64,000 bases of DNA from Eledone cirrhosa. Its lineage: Eukaryota. The stretch is taken from the NCBI GenBank assembly GCA_964016885.1, contig OZ024743.1, positions 80,600,001 to 80,664,000 on the forward strand. The letters run 5' to 3'. The position numbers were made by a program, and so were the translations under genes. Numbering within the stretch: position 1 is the first letter of the stretch; each line of letters opens with the position of its first letter. Shown here in pieces: positions 36,684-49,783 of this stretch. The notes below the pieces were generated by a model. The model did not search any database. It worked only from the letters and a program-made list of their open reading frames with translations, and was not told the DNA's origin.

Positions 36684-39600
36684 AAAAAGTTACTAACTGA
36701 TATAGAAATTGATCAGATCAAGCTATTAGCACAAAGTCAGCGAAGGGAAAATGAAACATGTGTCAGTGAAAACGAGGTAAACTGTAACACTTCGAATCCC
36801 AGGGTTGGGGCGGAATCACTGGCAACAGAACAAATTAAAGAAAGGATCGAAAAAGTGTAGGGAGTGCATGCTCAGGATGAAACTCCAAATGAAAATAATG
36901 AGATCGTAAATGATAAGGAAATGAATGAGAATGAACTTGCCAACTTGAAGGATGAAATTATGATCGAATGGATGAAAATGAAAGAATCTGACATGGGGTA
37001 ACGAGACACCCTCCCTAAGATCCAGAACTCCAAACAGAACCAAAAGATAATACACAAGACTAACATAATTCTCAAAAACATTATCATCACAAACAAACTA
37101 AACATTACTGATTTAAATCATCTCTATTATGCATCTGCTAAAGTCACCACTCACTTATGTGGAGTGAAGATGAAAAAAACAAAGGAATTCCCACAAGAAA
37201 TCTACTTGGCAAGAGAACATCAATCGCCAAATAAACCTTCTCCGATCTGACATAGAAATTTTAACAAACTATAAAGTAGGTGAACATGTTAAACAAACTA
37301 AACTTAGAAAATTGAAAAAAAAGTACAGTATAAAATCAACATGTGACATAGACATGCTGATAGAAATAATCAAGCAAAAAGTGTCGGCCAAAGCTGCTCG
37401 TATAAGGCGCTTTGAAAAACGATCTAGATTCTATAAGGACAATAATATGTTCAAAAACAACCAAAGAAACTTCTACAGAAAAATTGGTAAGTCAACAATA
37501 ACTGCTAAATCAATACCACCCAAGGAGGAAGTGCAAGAATTCTGGGAAAAGATCTGGGCCGAAGGAAAAGTTCATAACATACATGCCCCATGGATAGACA
37601 GACAAATGAAAGATACAGCTCACCTTGAGGAACAAACATGGGAAAATATAACAGTTGAACAGTTGCGCATGGCTCTAAGAAAAACCAGCAAATGGAAATC
37701 CCCAGGAAAAGACAAAATACAAAACTTTTGGATAAATGCCTTCACAGAGTCTCATGAGCTGTTAGCCCAACTTTACAATGAAATAGTTAAGGAGCCAGAA
37801 AAGATACCTTCATGGCTAGTTAACGGCATTACATTCCTGCTTCCGAAGAATGATGAGACAAACAATCCCAAAAATTACAGACCGATAACTTGCTTGACCA
37901 CAAAGTATAAAATTTTAACATCAGTCCTAACTGAATACACATATGACCACCTGATAACAAATGACCTATTTCCCATTGAGCAGAAAGGGTGTAAACGAGG
38001 CTCATATGGCTGTAAGGATCAGCTTCTGGTTAACAAAATGATACTGGAAGATTGTCATAATAGACACAAAAATCTATCGATTGCTTGGATAGATTATAAA
38101 AAAGCATTTGATTTGAAAAATGTTTAGAGATTTTCAAAGTATCCCCCGTTGTCAGGAGGTTTTTGTCATTCAGTATGAAGACATGGAAAACGACACTCCT
38201 TTTGAATAGTGAAACAAAATCACTGGAAGCTGGAGAAGTTAATATTAATTGTGGAATTTTTCAGGGTGACTCTTTATCACCGCTTTTAATCTGCATCGCA
38301 CTTATATCATTAAGTAAAATGCTCAATGAAACAAAACATGGATATAAAGTCTATGACAAAACCATTAATCACCTGTTCTACATGGATGACCTGAAACTAT
38401 TTGCAAAAAATGATGAACAACTGCAAGGGCTATTATCTACTGTGAAGCAGTTCAGTGATGACATTAAAATGGAGTTTGGACAAGATAAATGCGCCAAAGC
38501 AACGTTCACCAGAGGAAAGCTGCTGAAGAGTTCAGACATTAATCTTGATCGGGGGAACGTGATAAGAGAACTTGATCAAGAAAAATCTTACAAATATCTA
38601 GGTGTTTGTGAAGGAGACGGAATCAAGCACTCGACAATGAGGGAAAGGATAAGGAAGGAATGTTACCGCAGAGTAAGAGCAATCTTAAGAACGGAATTGA
38701 ATGCAAGGAATAGGATCGATGCCATAAACACGCTTGCCATACCAGTAGTAACCTACAGTTACAATGTCATCAACTGGTCAAGCACAGAGATCCGTAGGCT
38801 CGATACAAAAATTCGAAAATTCTTGACCATGCACAGAATGCATCATCCTAAGGCAGATATAGATAGAATATATCTCCCTAGGAAAGAAGGAGGACGTGGG
38901 TTAATCCAGTTAGACATTGCGTTGAAAACTGCAACAATTGGATTATCTACATATCTAAGGGAATCACATGATTGGATGATCAAACTCGTTTTGAAACACG
39001 AAAGCATCAAAAGATCATATTCCATTACAAAAGATGCACAAAGATACAGTAATGGACAACAAATTTCAGAAGTCCCATTTACTGCTGAAATGGAAAACAC
39101 AGAAAAAGCAAAGCAGGTAAAAGTAACTGCAAAGAAAGAACTGCTACAGAAACTGGCTAAGAAATGGCAAGAAAAGCCTCTGTATGGAAAATACCCAGAG
39201 CGAGCTAACAATCCTGATGTTGACAAAACTTTAACCCATCAGTGGTTGGCATCCTCTGGACTGAAATCGGAGACTGAAGGACTGATTATATCGACACAAG
39301 ATCAGTGTCTGCCAACAAAAAATTACCAAGCCAACATAATAAAAAATGGGTGCAGCCCATTATGCCGTGTATGCAAAAAACAACCAGAGACCATTGACCA
39401 TATAATTTCAATGGGCAGTCCTATAGCTCCAACCAAATACCTAAACAGGCATGACAGAGCTGCACAATACATACATTGGATAATGTGTAAGCATTTTGAC
39501 CTGCCCCATCAAAAGAATTGGTGGGAGCATCAACCACCTCCCATACTTGAAAAAGATCACATCTCAATCTTGTGGAACTTTAGCATCCAAACAGACCGAA

Positions 39601-40072
39601 AAATAGATGCAAACAGACCTGATATAATATTGAAAGACTTTCAAAAGAGGTTATGCCTGCTAATTGATATGTCTGTTCCAATAGACAAGAATGTATCTAT
39701 AAAAACATTTGAAAAATTGAGCAAGTATAAGGACCTGGAGATAGAAATTGGAAAAATGTGGAAATTGAGAACTAAAACAATACCAGTGGTTGTAGGCGCT
39801 CTGGGAATGATACCTAAGGGGTCTAATGATTACATATCGCAAATCCCAGGAAACCCGCGTATAGGAGAAATACAAAAGATAGTATTAATGGGAACTGCCC
39901 ATATACTAAGGAAGATTTTGTCAATATAAGTACATCACAAGTCTAAACACTAAAGATGCATGTGTGAATATGTATGTTCTTTCTTGAACATGGCGGACCT
40001 TGATGTCTCTTGAGGTCACTGGTTGTGACTTGGTGATAACTCGTATGAACATAAAGCAAGATAAATGCAACT

Positions 40073-40073
<1 letters not shown>
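36684..40073 (+). mobile_element. R4/Dong-like family A, longer 5'-truncated copy with stops and frameshifts
   Basis: ORF pieces 37312-38127 and 38163-39929 (YMDD, RLE); deletion near 38110 relative to the 14.8-kb copy; (TAA)n tail 40074-40142. Confidence 0.92.
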
Positions 40074-40141
<68 letters not shown>

Positions 40142-40522
40142 TTCAAATATTCAACTTTGTATTGTACATTGTATATTCAAAAAAGAAAATGGCTATAAAT
40201 GGAAGAAGAAGAACCCCCCCCTCCTCTGTCTACACTATATAGAACAGCCAAACAACACCAATCTCACCAACACCAGAAACTAGATACACCACCTACCCCA
40301 TCACCTCTCTGTGTACACTAAACACAACAGCCAGATAACGGCAATTTCACCACCACCACAACCAATCTCAACATAATAATGATAATAATAAATACTATTA
40401 TTATTGTCCCAAGTTTTAAAAAAATGTTTAATCCCAACATTAAGGGAATTTATGTCAACACATATACGCGACTAACCCCATAGATTCACCGAACGGACAT
40501 CAGTAACGACAACGTCGCCCAT

Positions 40523-40739
40523 CCATCATTACTACCACTATCCCATCACCGCCGCCACCACTCCTTCATTGCTACCACCGCTACAACACCATCACTACAG
40601 TAATACGACCACATCACCACCGCCACTGCCATCATTACTACCACTATCCCATCACCGCCGCCACCACTCCTTCATTGCTACCACCGCTACAACACCATCA
40701 CTACAGTAATACGATCACATCACCACCACCACCACTGCC
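40523..40739. repeat. 106-bp tandem duplication (CCA-rich)
   Basis: ccatcattactaccactatcc starts at 40523 and 40629. Confidence 0.85.
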
Positions 40740-41139
40740 TCAGTATCGACATCACCACCACCACTGTCTCAGTATCGCTACCGCCGCTATTCTCTCCCAT
40801 TGCTTCCTGCTAGTTGCTGCCACCACATTATAGAATTCCTACTAAAAAAGAGGAAGGCATCAAAATATATAGATAGACTCAAAAGAAAAAAGAAAAAACA
40901 AACATCAAAACCAAAGCAGCACAGCAACAACAGCAAAAAAAGAGAAAAACAAACAGAGAAAAACAAAAACAAAAAAAAAACGTAAAGAAAATAAGAATGA
41001 AGAGAGAAACAAGCGGATGGACAGAGAAGAGAAGGGAAAAACTAAGTCAGACATTCGAACACTACATTACAATGAAACTTATGCTTATTCATTTTTGGGG
41101 TTTTTTCTGCCTGTGTGTTTGTTTGTTTATTTGTGTTCG

Positions 41140-44100
41140 TCTACAGCGTGGTGATAATGCCACACAAGAGCCAAGTGGAGCGGCGCAACCACCGGAGACG
41201 GTGAATCCACCGGAGATGGTGAATCCACCGGAGACGGTGAATCCACAGATGGTTATGTAACCATACATTCGCCAATCCTCGATAAGAGTGTTTAAATATC
41301 GAACCGAAACAGTTCCAATAACGGTGAAATGGAGACTAGAACGTCATGTGACAGACTCTCACCCAACAGGTGCTCCCTGGCTCAGCAGCAGGAACCTGGC
41401 TGTCAACCAAATACTGCTGGTGTCGGAGGAAGAAGAAGAAGGAAAGGGACCAGAACCAACTGGACGAAAGAATTGAATAGAACTGTTATGCAATGTTACC
41501 TGAAAAGTAACCCCAAGGAGAGGGGCTATAGGAGACGGATGCATAACATCTGGAACGAGATTGGTCTATTTAAATTAGATGAACAAAAATTGGCCGGGCA
41601 GGCTCGGGTAATAAGAACTAATGGGTGGATAAGCGAGCTGGAACTGGAGGAACTGAGCAGAGAGATTAGCTTGGAGATGGAGGGTGGAGTATGCCAGGCA
41701 AACGAGCCAGTGGTAAATGAAGGTGAAGAGGTCGAGAGAACGGAGGAACCACCCGAAGCAGACAATGATCTGAATACTGAGATAAATAATACCTGGAACA
41801 GAGATACGGCCACTGAGGAGATGAATGCTGACCGGCTAGGACAAGATTCGGTTGACGTCCTAAATTTAGTGGTAGATGAATTGAACAATGATAGTGGGAG
41901 ACCTATGAACCTAAGATTTGTAGACAGGAAAAAGTTAAAAGAAACAACAGCTAAGGTAAACAAAGTCATCCCATACCTTGAGGCGAGGAGCCTTCACCAG
42001 TGCAACAATATCCTCAAAGCAACAGCAAATACGGTGAGGAAACTACTTGGTATAAAAGCGAGAGGAAACAACAGACAAGAAAGAGCAGAGCCTTGGTGGA
42101 AGAAACGACTGAGTGGTCAAATCAGGGAAATGAGAAATGACATTGGAAAGCTTGAGTCACTACTGAATGGGACACTAAAAAACATAGGCACTAAAAATAG
42201 ACTGGAAATAAAGTACAAAACTAGGAGGAAAAAGCTAAATATTATCATAGAGGAACTGAAGCAACGCATTGTAGCAAAGAGTGCAAAAATCAGGCGATAC
42301 GAGAACAGAGTCAGTCAGTATAAACAGAACCGCATGTTCGACAACAACCAGAAGATGCTGTTTGGACAGCTTGAGGGGAAAGAAAGAGGCAACGACTTGA
42401 TCCCTGAGGCGGAACAAACTAAAACATTCTGGAGAGGAATATGGGAGCAGGATGTTAGACATAATGACCAGGCAGGGTGGATTGAGACAGTACAGAGGGA
42501 GATCGGTGAGCAGGCACACCAACAAACTGATTTGAGTATCACAGTTAAAACTCTTAAGGGGCAGGCCAAAAAACTAACCAACTGGAAATCACCAGGCCCA
42601 GATGGTGTGCAGGGGTATTGGATTAAAAATTTAACATCCCTCCACCCGAAGCTGACAACCATGTTCAATGACTGCTTGATGTCAGGTGAGGTACCAGAGT
42701 GGTTGACAAAAGGTACCACAGTTCTGATAATGAAAGACCGAATCAAGGGTAATGATGTTACCAACTATAGACCTATCACATGTCTGTCCGTAATGTGGAA
42801 ACTGTTGACGAGCATTGTGTCTGAGGGAATCTACCATCACCTCCACACAAACAACTTGTTACCGGATGAACAGAAAGGATGCCGAAAGAAGTCACGTGGT
42901 ACAAAGGACCAGTTACTTATTGATAAGATGGTAATGGGGAATTGCAGGAGGAGACACACTGATCTTGCCATGGGATGGATAGACTACAGAAAGGCATTTG
43001 ACATGGTGCCTCATTCTTGGATCACCAAAAGCCTGGAGATCTTCAAGGTGGCAGATAACATCAGACAGTTGCTGGGCAGGGGTATGAGGTCCTGGGAAAC
43101 AGAGTTGACATCAACTGGAGAATCCTTGGGAAGCGTGAAGATCAAGAGAGGTATCTTCCAGGGAGATAGCCTGTCCCCTCTGTTGTTTGTCCTTGCCCTG
43201 ATGCCCCTGACCATTATGCTGCGAAAAGTGAGAGCAGGATACAAGTTGGGAAAGGGAGAGCTTACCATCAATCACCTCCTCTTCATGGACGATCTTAAGC
43301 TCTTCGGGAAGAGTGAGAAGGAGTTGGATGTGCTTGTTGACACTGTCCGTATTTTCAGCAGTGATATATGTATGCAGTTTGGTATTAGTAAGTGTGGAGT
43401 CATTGTGATGAGGAGGGGTAGGTTGAGCAGAAGTAACGGAATCCAGATACCAACAGGTGAGATGATAAAGGAAATTGACTCTGAGGAAGGATACAAGTAT
43501 TTGGGCGTTCTGGAGGCTGATGACATAAAGAACAAAAAAATGAAGGAATTGTTAAGAACTGAATACATTCGGAGAATAAGGAGCGTATTGAAGTCACATC
43601 TGAACAGCAGAAATGCCATAAGCGCAGTAAATTCCCGAGCTGTGTCTATTATTAGGTACAGTGCGGGAATTCTGAGATGGAATGTTGCTGAACAAAAAGA
43701 AATGGATAGGAAGACTAGGAAGCTATTGACTATCTACAACATGTTCCACAAGAGGAGTGATGTCGATAGACTCTACCTAAGGAGATCTGAGGGTGGAAGA
43801 GGTCTTATCAGCATAGAGGACTGTGTTCAGATGGAGAAAAACAACCTACACAAATACGTGACTGATAGTAAGGAGCCAATGCTCAGAACTGTACTGAAGG
43901 AGGGGACAATAGGCCAGGGGATGTCCAAGGAGGAAATAACATCAAGGAGAAAGAGCAGCCTTCAGAGAAAATCCATTCATAGTACCTTCTTTGAGAAAAC
44001 TGAATTTAGAGATCCACAGACGTGGAACTGGTTGAGAAGAGGAGACCTCAAAAAGGCTACAGAAGGAATGTTAATGGCTGCGCAGGAGCAGGCCCTCAAA

Positions 44101-44797
44101 CCGAAGTGGTTGAAACACCATATTTACAAGGAGGAGGCTAGCCCACTGTGCAGGATCTGTGGAGAGAGAGAGGGGAGACTGTGGCTCACATTGTATCCGA
44201 GTATAAACACCTAGCCCAGACCCACTATAAGGGCTGTAGACATGATGTGATGGGCAGGGTGATCCACTGGCACCTGTGCAAAGTAAACAATTTACCACAT
44301 TCTGAGAAATGGTATGAGCATAAGCCAGAGGCGGTGATGGAGAACGATCAGGTGAAGGTGCTGTGGGATTTTAGGATACAGACGGACAAGAAACTGGAAC
44401 ACAATAGACCTGACCTGGTGGTTGTGGACAAAGAAAAAAGATCGTGTCTGATTGTGGATGTGGCCTGCCCATTCGACACGAGAGTGCAAGAGAAGGAGAG
44501 GGAGAAAATTAACCGATACCAGGACTTAAAGTGGGAGGTAAAAAGGATTTAGAACTGCCATGAAGTCAAAGTGATCCCGATTGTCATAGGCGCACTGGGG
44601 ACTATCTCCAAAAGTTTCCAGGGATGGTTAAAGAAAATCGGCCCCTTCACGCTTTTTGGAACGCTTCAAAAGGCATGCTTGCTGGGAACAGCAAGAACCC
44701 TCCGATACGTCCTGAATATCTGAGGCTGCAGGTAGTGGCTTGATATTCATTCCAACGAACTTTCCAGTTAACTAACATCAATGACTGAGATTCAAGA
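41140..44797 (+). mobile_element. R4/Dong-like family B, apparently full length (5' boundary approximate)
   Basis: Single long ORF from 41329, 5' UTR with an 18-bp triplication, 3' UTR and (TAA)n tail 44798-44867. Confidence 0.9.
41329..44723 (+). pseudogene. R4/Dong-like polyprotein (Myb-like N-terminus, RT, CCHC, RLE) with one frameshift (~44170) and one nonsense codon (44550-44552)
   Basis: 961-aa ORF (WTKELNRTVMQCY, KSPGPDG, QGDSLSP, FMDD, CRIC) continued by 44148-44552; TAG corresponds to TGG in the 36.2-kb copy. Confidence 0.88.
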
Positions 44798-44807
44798 AAT
44801 AATAATA

Positions 44808-44867
<60 letters not shown>

Positions 44868-45789
44868 GCCGATGTCATCTTCGACATAATCGTCTGATGC
44901 AGCAGCACTTCTATATTTGTGTTGTTATTGGCCTTATATTGTTATGCTAAGAGGTAAGTTAACTTGGCTGATTGGGCAATTTCAATTGAAACGCAATAAT
45001 ATTAATTGCATCGTCATCAAGGTATTAAGAAAATTATCGTTTCTTAAGAGAACGTAAAAATGTTAAAACTAAGACAACAACAACAACAACAACAATAACA
45101 GCAGCAGCAGCAGAGCAGCAATATAAAACACAAGAGCAGCAATAAGAAAACCCAACAGCAACAATACAACATCAACTACAATACAACATCAACTACAGCA
45201 TCAATAACAATGCCACATCAACAACAACATCAACAACACGACAGCAATTGATTAAATGGTTTTTGCTCTTGGAAACACAACCAGGCGTTATAATGACCAC
45301 AAACAATGCTAGAATGATAAAGCTTGAGAAATTGTAGAGAAGACGATGGCATCTATTTCTAGATGCAGAGTCTCTTTCCTCAACTAGCAAACCTATTATA
45401 CTTTCTGTCAGAGCCAATGAACGCTGAAGTTTACATAGGCAGAACTTCCCTCAGGCCCAGCAGAATTGAAGCACGTTGTGAAGGAGAAGTGTTATCGAGA
45501 GACGGCACATGGGATTCTTAATATACATTAGAGACAAAGGATGCTCAGAGATTGAATTCTATGATAAGAAACGTCTGGTGCCAACATTGATTCCTGTTAA
45601 AGTCGTAAAAATATTTTTTTTTCATTCATTCTTATTTGATTCACAATAAATCTAAAAATCTAAAAATGAATTTGTTTTTGGACAAAATATTGTCTTGTGA
45701 GTTACAATTAGTGAAAACTACTCTGTTGCAAACATTGTGACCCAGTTCCTAGATTGAGGATACGTGAGGAATACAATAAATCCACTAAA

Positions 45790-46070
45790 CATCATCATCA
45801 TCTCATCATCGTTATCTCGTCATTATCATCATCATCCTTTCCTTCTCATCTTATCATCGTCATCACATTACCATCATCATCCTCTTTATGTCCATGTTTT
45901 CATAGGTGAATCCTCTCCAGTACAACAGCTCTCCACTTGACTCTTCAATCTTTCCATTGATATGTTCACCAAGCTGAGATCAGATTTCAACAATACTGTC
46001 AAAGTCTACCTCGGCAGCAGATTTTACCCCATATTCCTTCTAATTTGAACTACTAGCTCTTCTTCTTCCC
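45790..46070 (-). mobile_element. Possible highly degenerate RTE-like LINE 3' end with (ATG)n tail
   Basis: Minus strand gives RGR...WRAVV-like remnants followed by a degenerate (GAT)n tract. Confidence 0.35.
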
Positions 46071-46209
46071 AAACATCATCGTCCACAGGAATTACTAGTC
46101 AGTACCACAGTAATTTTCTATTTCCTCTTAGGTTTTTCTCGACTCAACTCTGCTTTGCCGTTTATGCACACAACCATTACACACCCAATGTTGCCTGCTT
46201 GACAAATAA

Positions 46210-46600
46210 AGGTTTCTGTTTTAGGCCAAACTTGAGGGGAAGGGTAACTCGATTATATCAACCCCAGTAATTGACTGGTACTTCATTTTATCGACTTCAA
46301 AAGGATGAAACCGGTGGCATTTGGACCCAGACCCTAAAGAACCGTTGCTATATGCCGCAAAGTATGTTGCCCAATGCTCTACCGGGACTACCTATCCACT
46401 GCCCTATTCTCGACTAATAATGGTTTCTGACTTAGACAAAAGGTCAACAATTTTGGGGAGAGCAAAGTCGATTACATCGACTCCAGTGCGTTACTGGTAC
46501 ATTGTGTTATCCACCTGTAAGGATGAAAGGCAAAGCTGACCTAGACGAGATTTGAACGCAAAGGAGTGTAACAATATATCACAAAGTATGTTGTCCGCCA
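46210..46600 (-). mobile_element. Two adjacent degenerate tRNA-derived SINE copies
   Basis: Both contain gtcgatta..atc(g/a)ac(c/t)ccagt..actggtac..aaggatgaaa as at 13.5 kb. Confidence 0.7.
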
Positions 46601-47228
46601 CTCTACAGACACTACCTGTCTACCAATACTCTACACCTGTCCCCCAATACTCTACAGACACTACCTGTCTACCAATACTCTACACCTGTCCCCCAATACT
46701 CTACAGACACTACCTGTCTACCAATACTCTACACCTGTCTACCAATACTCTACAGACACTACCTGTCTACCAATACTCTACACCTGTCTACCAATACTCT
46801 ACAGACACTACCTGTCTACCAATACTCTACACCTGTCCCCCAATACTCTACAGACACTACATGTCTACCAATACTCTATACCTGTCTACCAATACTCTAC
46901 AGACACTACCTGTCTACCAATACTCTACACCTGTCCCCCAATACTCTACAGACACTACCTGTCTACCAATACTCTACACCTGTCTACCAATACTCTACAG
47001 ACACTACCTGTCTACCAATACTCTACACCTGTCTACCAATACTCTACAGACACTACCTGTCTACCAATACTCTACAGCTGTCTACCAATACTCTACAGAC
47101 ACTACCTGTCTACCAATACTCTACAGCTGTCTACCAATACTCTACAGACACTACCAATACTCTACAGACACTACCTGTCTACCAATACTCTACACCTGTC
47201 CACCAATACTCTACAGACACTACCTGTC
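46600..47228. repeat. Minisatellite of alternating 28-bp and 21-bp units (~49-bp higher order)
   Basis: actctacagacactacctgtctaccaat and actctacacctgtc(cc/ta)ccaat units. Confidence 0.92.
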
Positions 47229-47991
47229 GGAGAGGAACGGTACGTGGCCTCTGTTGTCCGCCGTTTGTGTGTAACAGATATTCTGTAGAGCGCGTGTGTG
47301 CGCGGAATAGGTGCACTCAAGCAAAGGTCGAGGCAGTTCCTCTTTATTGTGGGAGTGGGATGGTGCTAGCTGTCAATACTACCTATATTCAGTCTTTGAT
47401 ACTGGCAGTGTTGGTAGTCTGCCTGATTGTCGCTTATTGGTCGGTGAATGGTGGGCACGCTATACACACAATAACAATCGTTCGAATGCCACTCTGTGTG
47501 TGTGTGCGTGTGCTGTTGTCTCGTTTGTTTACACCAGCCACCTCGTCTCGCTTCTCTCGGATCGGTTATTTATTTGTGAGCCTAGGGGTTTGATCCAAAG
47601 TGCTTCCTTGATTCGTAACGTGCCGATGCTGCGTTCTGTCGCTAGCACTGTGACAATGGGCTTTCCGTCTTTGTTTCCGCATTTGGTTATGTGTTTCTGG
47701 AAAGACGAGGCCCTGGTGTTGATGTTCTCCTTTATCCGGATATGTAGTGGCCGGATTGTGCTACCGATATAGTAGTGGTTGCACTTGTCACATTCTATCC
47801 TGTATACAACGTATGTGCGTAAGCAACAGTTCGTTTGGCGCATCGGACAGTTTCTGAGGGAACACGCGTCAGTCGATTTCCCGGGTTTCTTGGAGAGGCA
47901 TCTCCGTAGGGAGGGGCCCGGGTGGGCCAGGTGGATGTCGAGGCCCTCTCTCCGTATAGCCCTGCGGATAGCTTTGGTGGTCTTGCCGTAC
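47229..47991 (-). mobile_element. Penelope-like element 3' fragment (GIY-YIG endonuclease + 3' UTR)
   Basis: ORF 47529-~47991: C..C..C-VVYRIECDKCNHYYIGSTIR.LHIRIKE...KH...EALWI...INNRSE. Confidence 0.8.
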
Positions 47992-48721
47992 GCCCGAAAC
48001 TTGTCCCTTTCAACAGCAATGCAACACACCCGCTGTAATTTATGAAGCTGTGGTCACTTCTAACCGACCAAATCAACCACAGGAGGTCAAATCCTATGTG
48101 GGTATGGCGAAGTGCCGATTTAAGGAACGCTTCCTGAACCACCAGTCGACCTTTAGGAACCCGGGCAGACGTTCATCCACTCGCGAGCCACGTATGGTCC
48201 CTCAAGGACTCACGTATAGACTACTCCATTCAATGGGAAGCCATCACTAATTTCAAGACATACGCAAGGAGAAATCCGTCGTGTGGACTATGTTTTGATG
48301 AACGAATAAATATTCTAAAGAGATTATCCAATAGTGATTGCCTAAACACGATAAATGAATTCTTCACACGTTGTCCACACGTCTCGAAACACCTCTTACA
48401 TAACTACAAAGCTCCGGATTGAATCACAACATCCTAATTTTCTTATCAACTAGAAACTTTTCGGACTTTCGCAGTTATCTCCCTTACACCTCTCGCACGC
48501 TTTTTAGTATTGCCTGTGTGAAGTGACAGTTTCTGCACATGCGCGTTCGTACGGTTGTCCTTCCTGTTCTGTATAACCATGTCCATTACGAGCTGAGCAT
48601 CCGCTAAGGTGAAACAATTGTTCTCGGTATGATGAACTAACTATTGTGTAACTACTTCTACCTAACTCGTCCCATGGACTGAGTGGTCTACCACTACGGA
48701 TATTACCTTCCAGTGATCTAC

Positions 48722-48725
<4 letters not shown>
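47992..48725 (+). mobile_element. Second, different Penelope-like 3' fragment (GIY-YIG with extra CxxC/CxH, possibly Naiad-type) + hammerhead-bearing 3' UTR ending in (TA)n
   Basis: CPFQQQC..VIYEAVV..SYVG..FKERFLNH, frameshift ~48179, LASHVWSLK..IQW..CGLCFDE..LN..E..RCPH, stop 48420-48422. Confidence 0.82.
48589..48626 (+). ncRNA. Minimal type I hammerhead with a core mutation (CTGAGCA)
   Basis: cgag-CTGAGCA-t-cc-gctaa-gg-t-GAAA-caattg-TT-ctcg; a paralogous fragment at 51582-51645 has AGGA, implying ancestral CTGAGGA. Confidence 0.75.
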
Positions 48726-48790
<65 letters not shown>

Positions 48791-49673
48791 AAATTAAATT
48801 AAGGGTTGTCACGTCTGAGAGACATGCGCCATATCCACTGTAGAATAAGCTCAAATATTCCAATGAATAGATCCGAGCATATCATATGAACTAGAAATAT
48901 ATTGACATATATATATATATAAAATAAACATATGGAACAATCAGAGGAAATAATCTCTAAAGAATGTAAGCACACATAGCTAGTTAGGTAACCAATTAAA
49001 GTTTAACTAGAACTTCAAATATAGATACCTTTTAAAATGATTAATCTCCTTTGTATACATTCGTTTAAGTAAATTTTGGATATATATACCGCCCCTTAAT
49101 TGTAGAGCTAACTCAGGTGAATGGACTCGGCTGCTATTTCTAGCTGTCGATAATCCTATTCACGCCACTGGGATGACGCTGTGCGATGTGTGTATTTTTT
49201 AAAAGTGCAACAAGTGGTTCGAATCATTCACAGATTTGCATTTGCTTTGTAAACGCAGTCTCAACTAGCCACCGATTTACACACTTTACGTGGTGCCAGG
49301 GGACTAGAAAATCAATCTTTTCGTTCCCGTCAAAAGCATTCAGCCAACGTGTCTCACACACAAATTATTAAGAGGTGAAAAGATGGTTATTAGAAATAAT
49401 AGTCCATATCGATGTATAATAGAATGGTAGCATTCGGCTCATGTCTCCAAGTCCCATGGCTAGAGGAAAGCGATGGTAACAATGGTAGTGCCAAGAACCT
49501 TTAACGGATTTTAAATGCGATTATCCATTTAAGGAGTTGACGGACCCAGCATATTTATCAATGCCTGGACCGGTTGTATCTCAGCGTACTCAATAGGCAA
49601 TGTAAGATACATTCCCAGAGTATACACATAGTTATTCGCTTCAACACACGTAAAACGGGTGCCTATAATAGTT

Positions 49674-49783
49674 CCCGGATTCGAGTTTCGGCCGCACTAA
49701 TGCAGCAGTAAGGTGCACTGCACCATCCATTTGCATATATTATGCAACAATGCACAATCGGCTTATGCGGCTTCATCAGCGAG
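49674..49783 (-). ncRNA. Type I hammerhead motif with ~80-nt stem II domain
   Basis: Minus: ctcg-CTGATGA-a-gccgcataa...ttagtgcggc-c-GAAA-ctcgaa-TC-cggg; stem III is one change from the palindrome ctcgag. Confidence 0.7.

Noticed and set aside
16059-44489. Many 60-230 aa ORFs antisense to the LINE ORFs
   Set aside because: Shadow frames of RT/ORF1 coding sequence; they recur only because the elements are homologous.
46600-47228. CRISPR-like periodicity
   Set aside because: No unique spacers, eukaryotic context and no cas genes; ordinary minisatellite.
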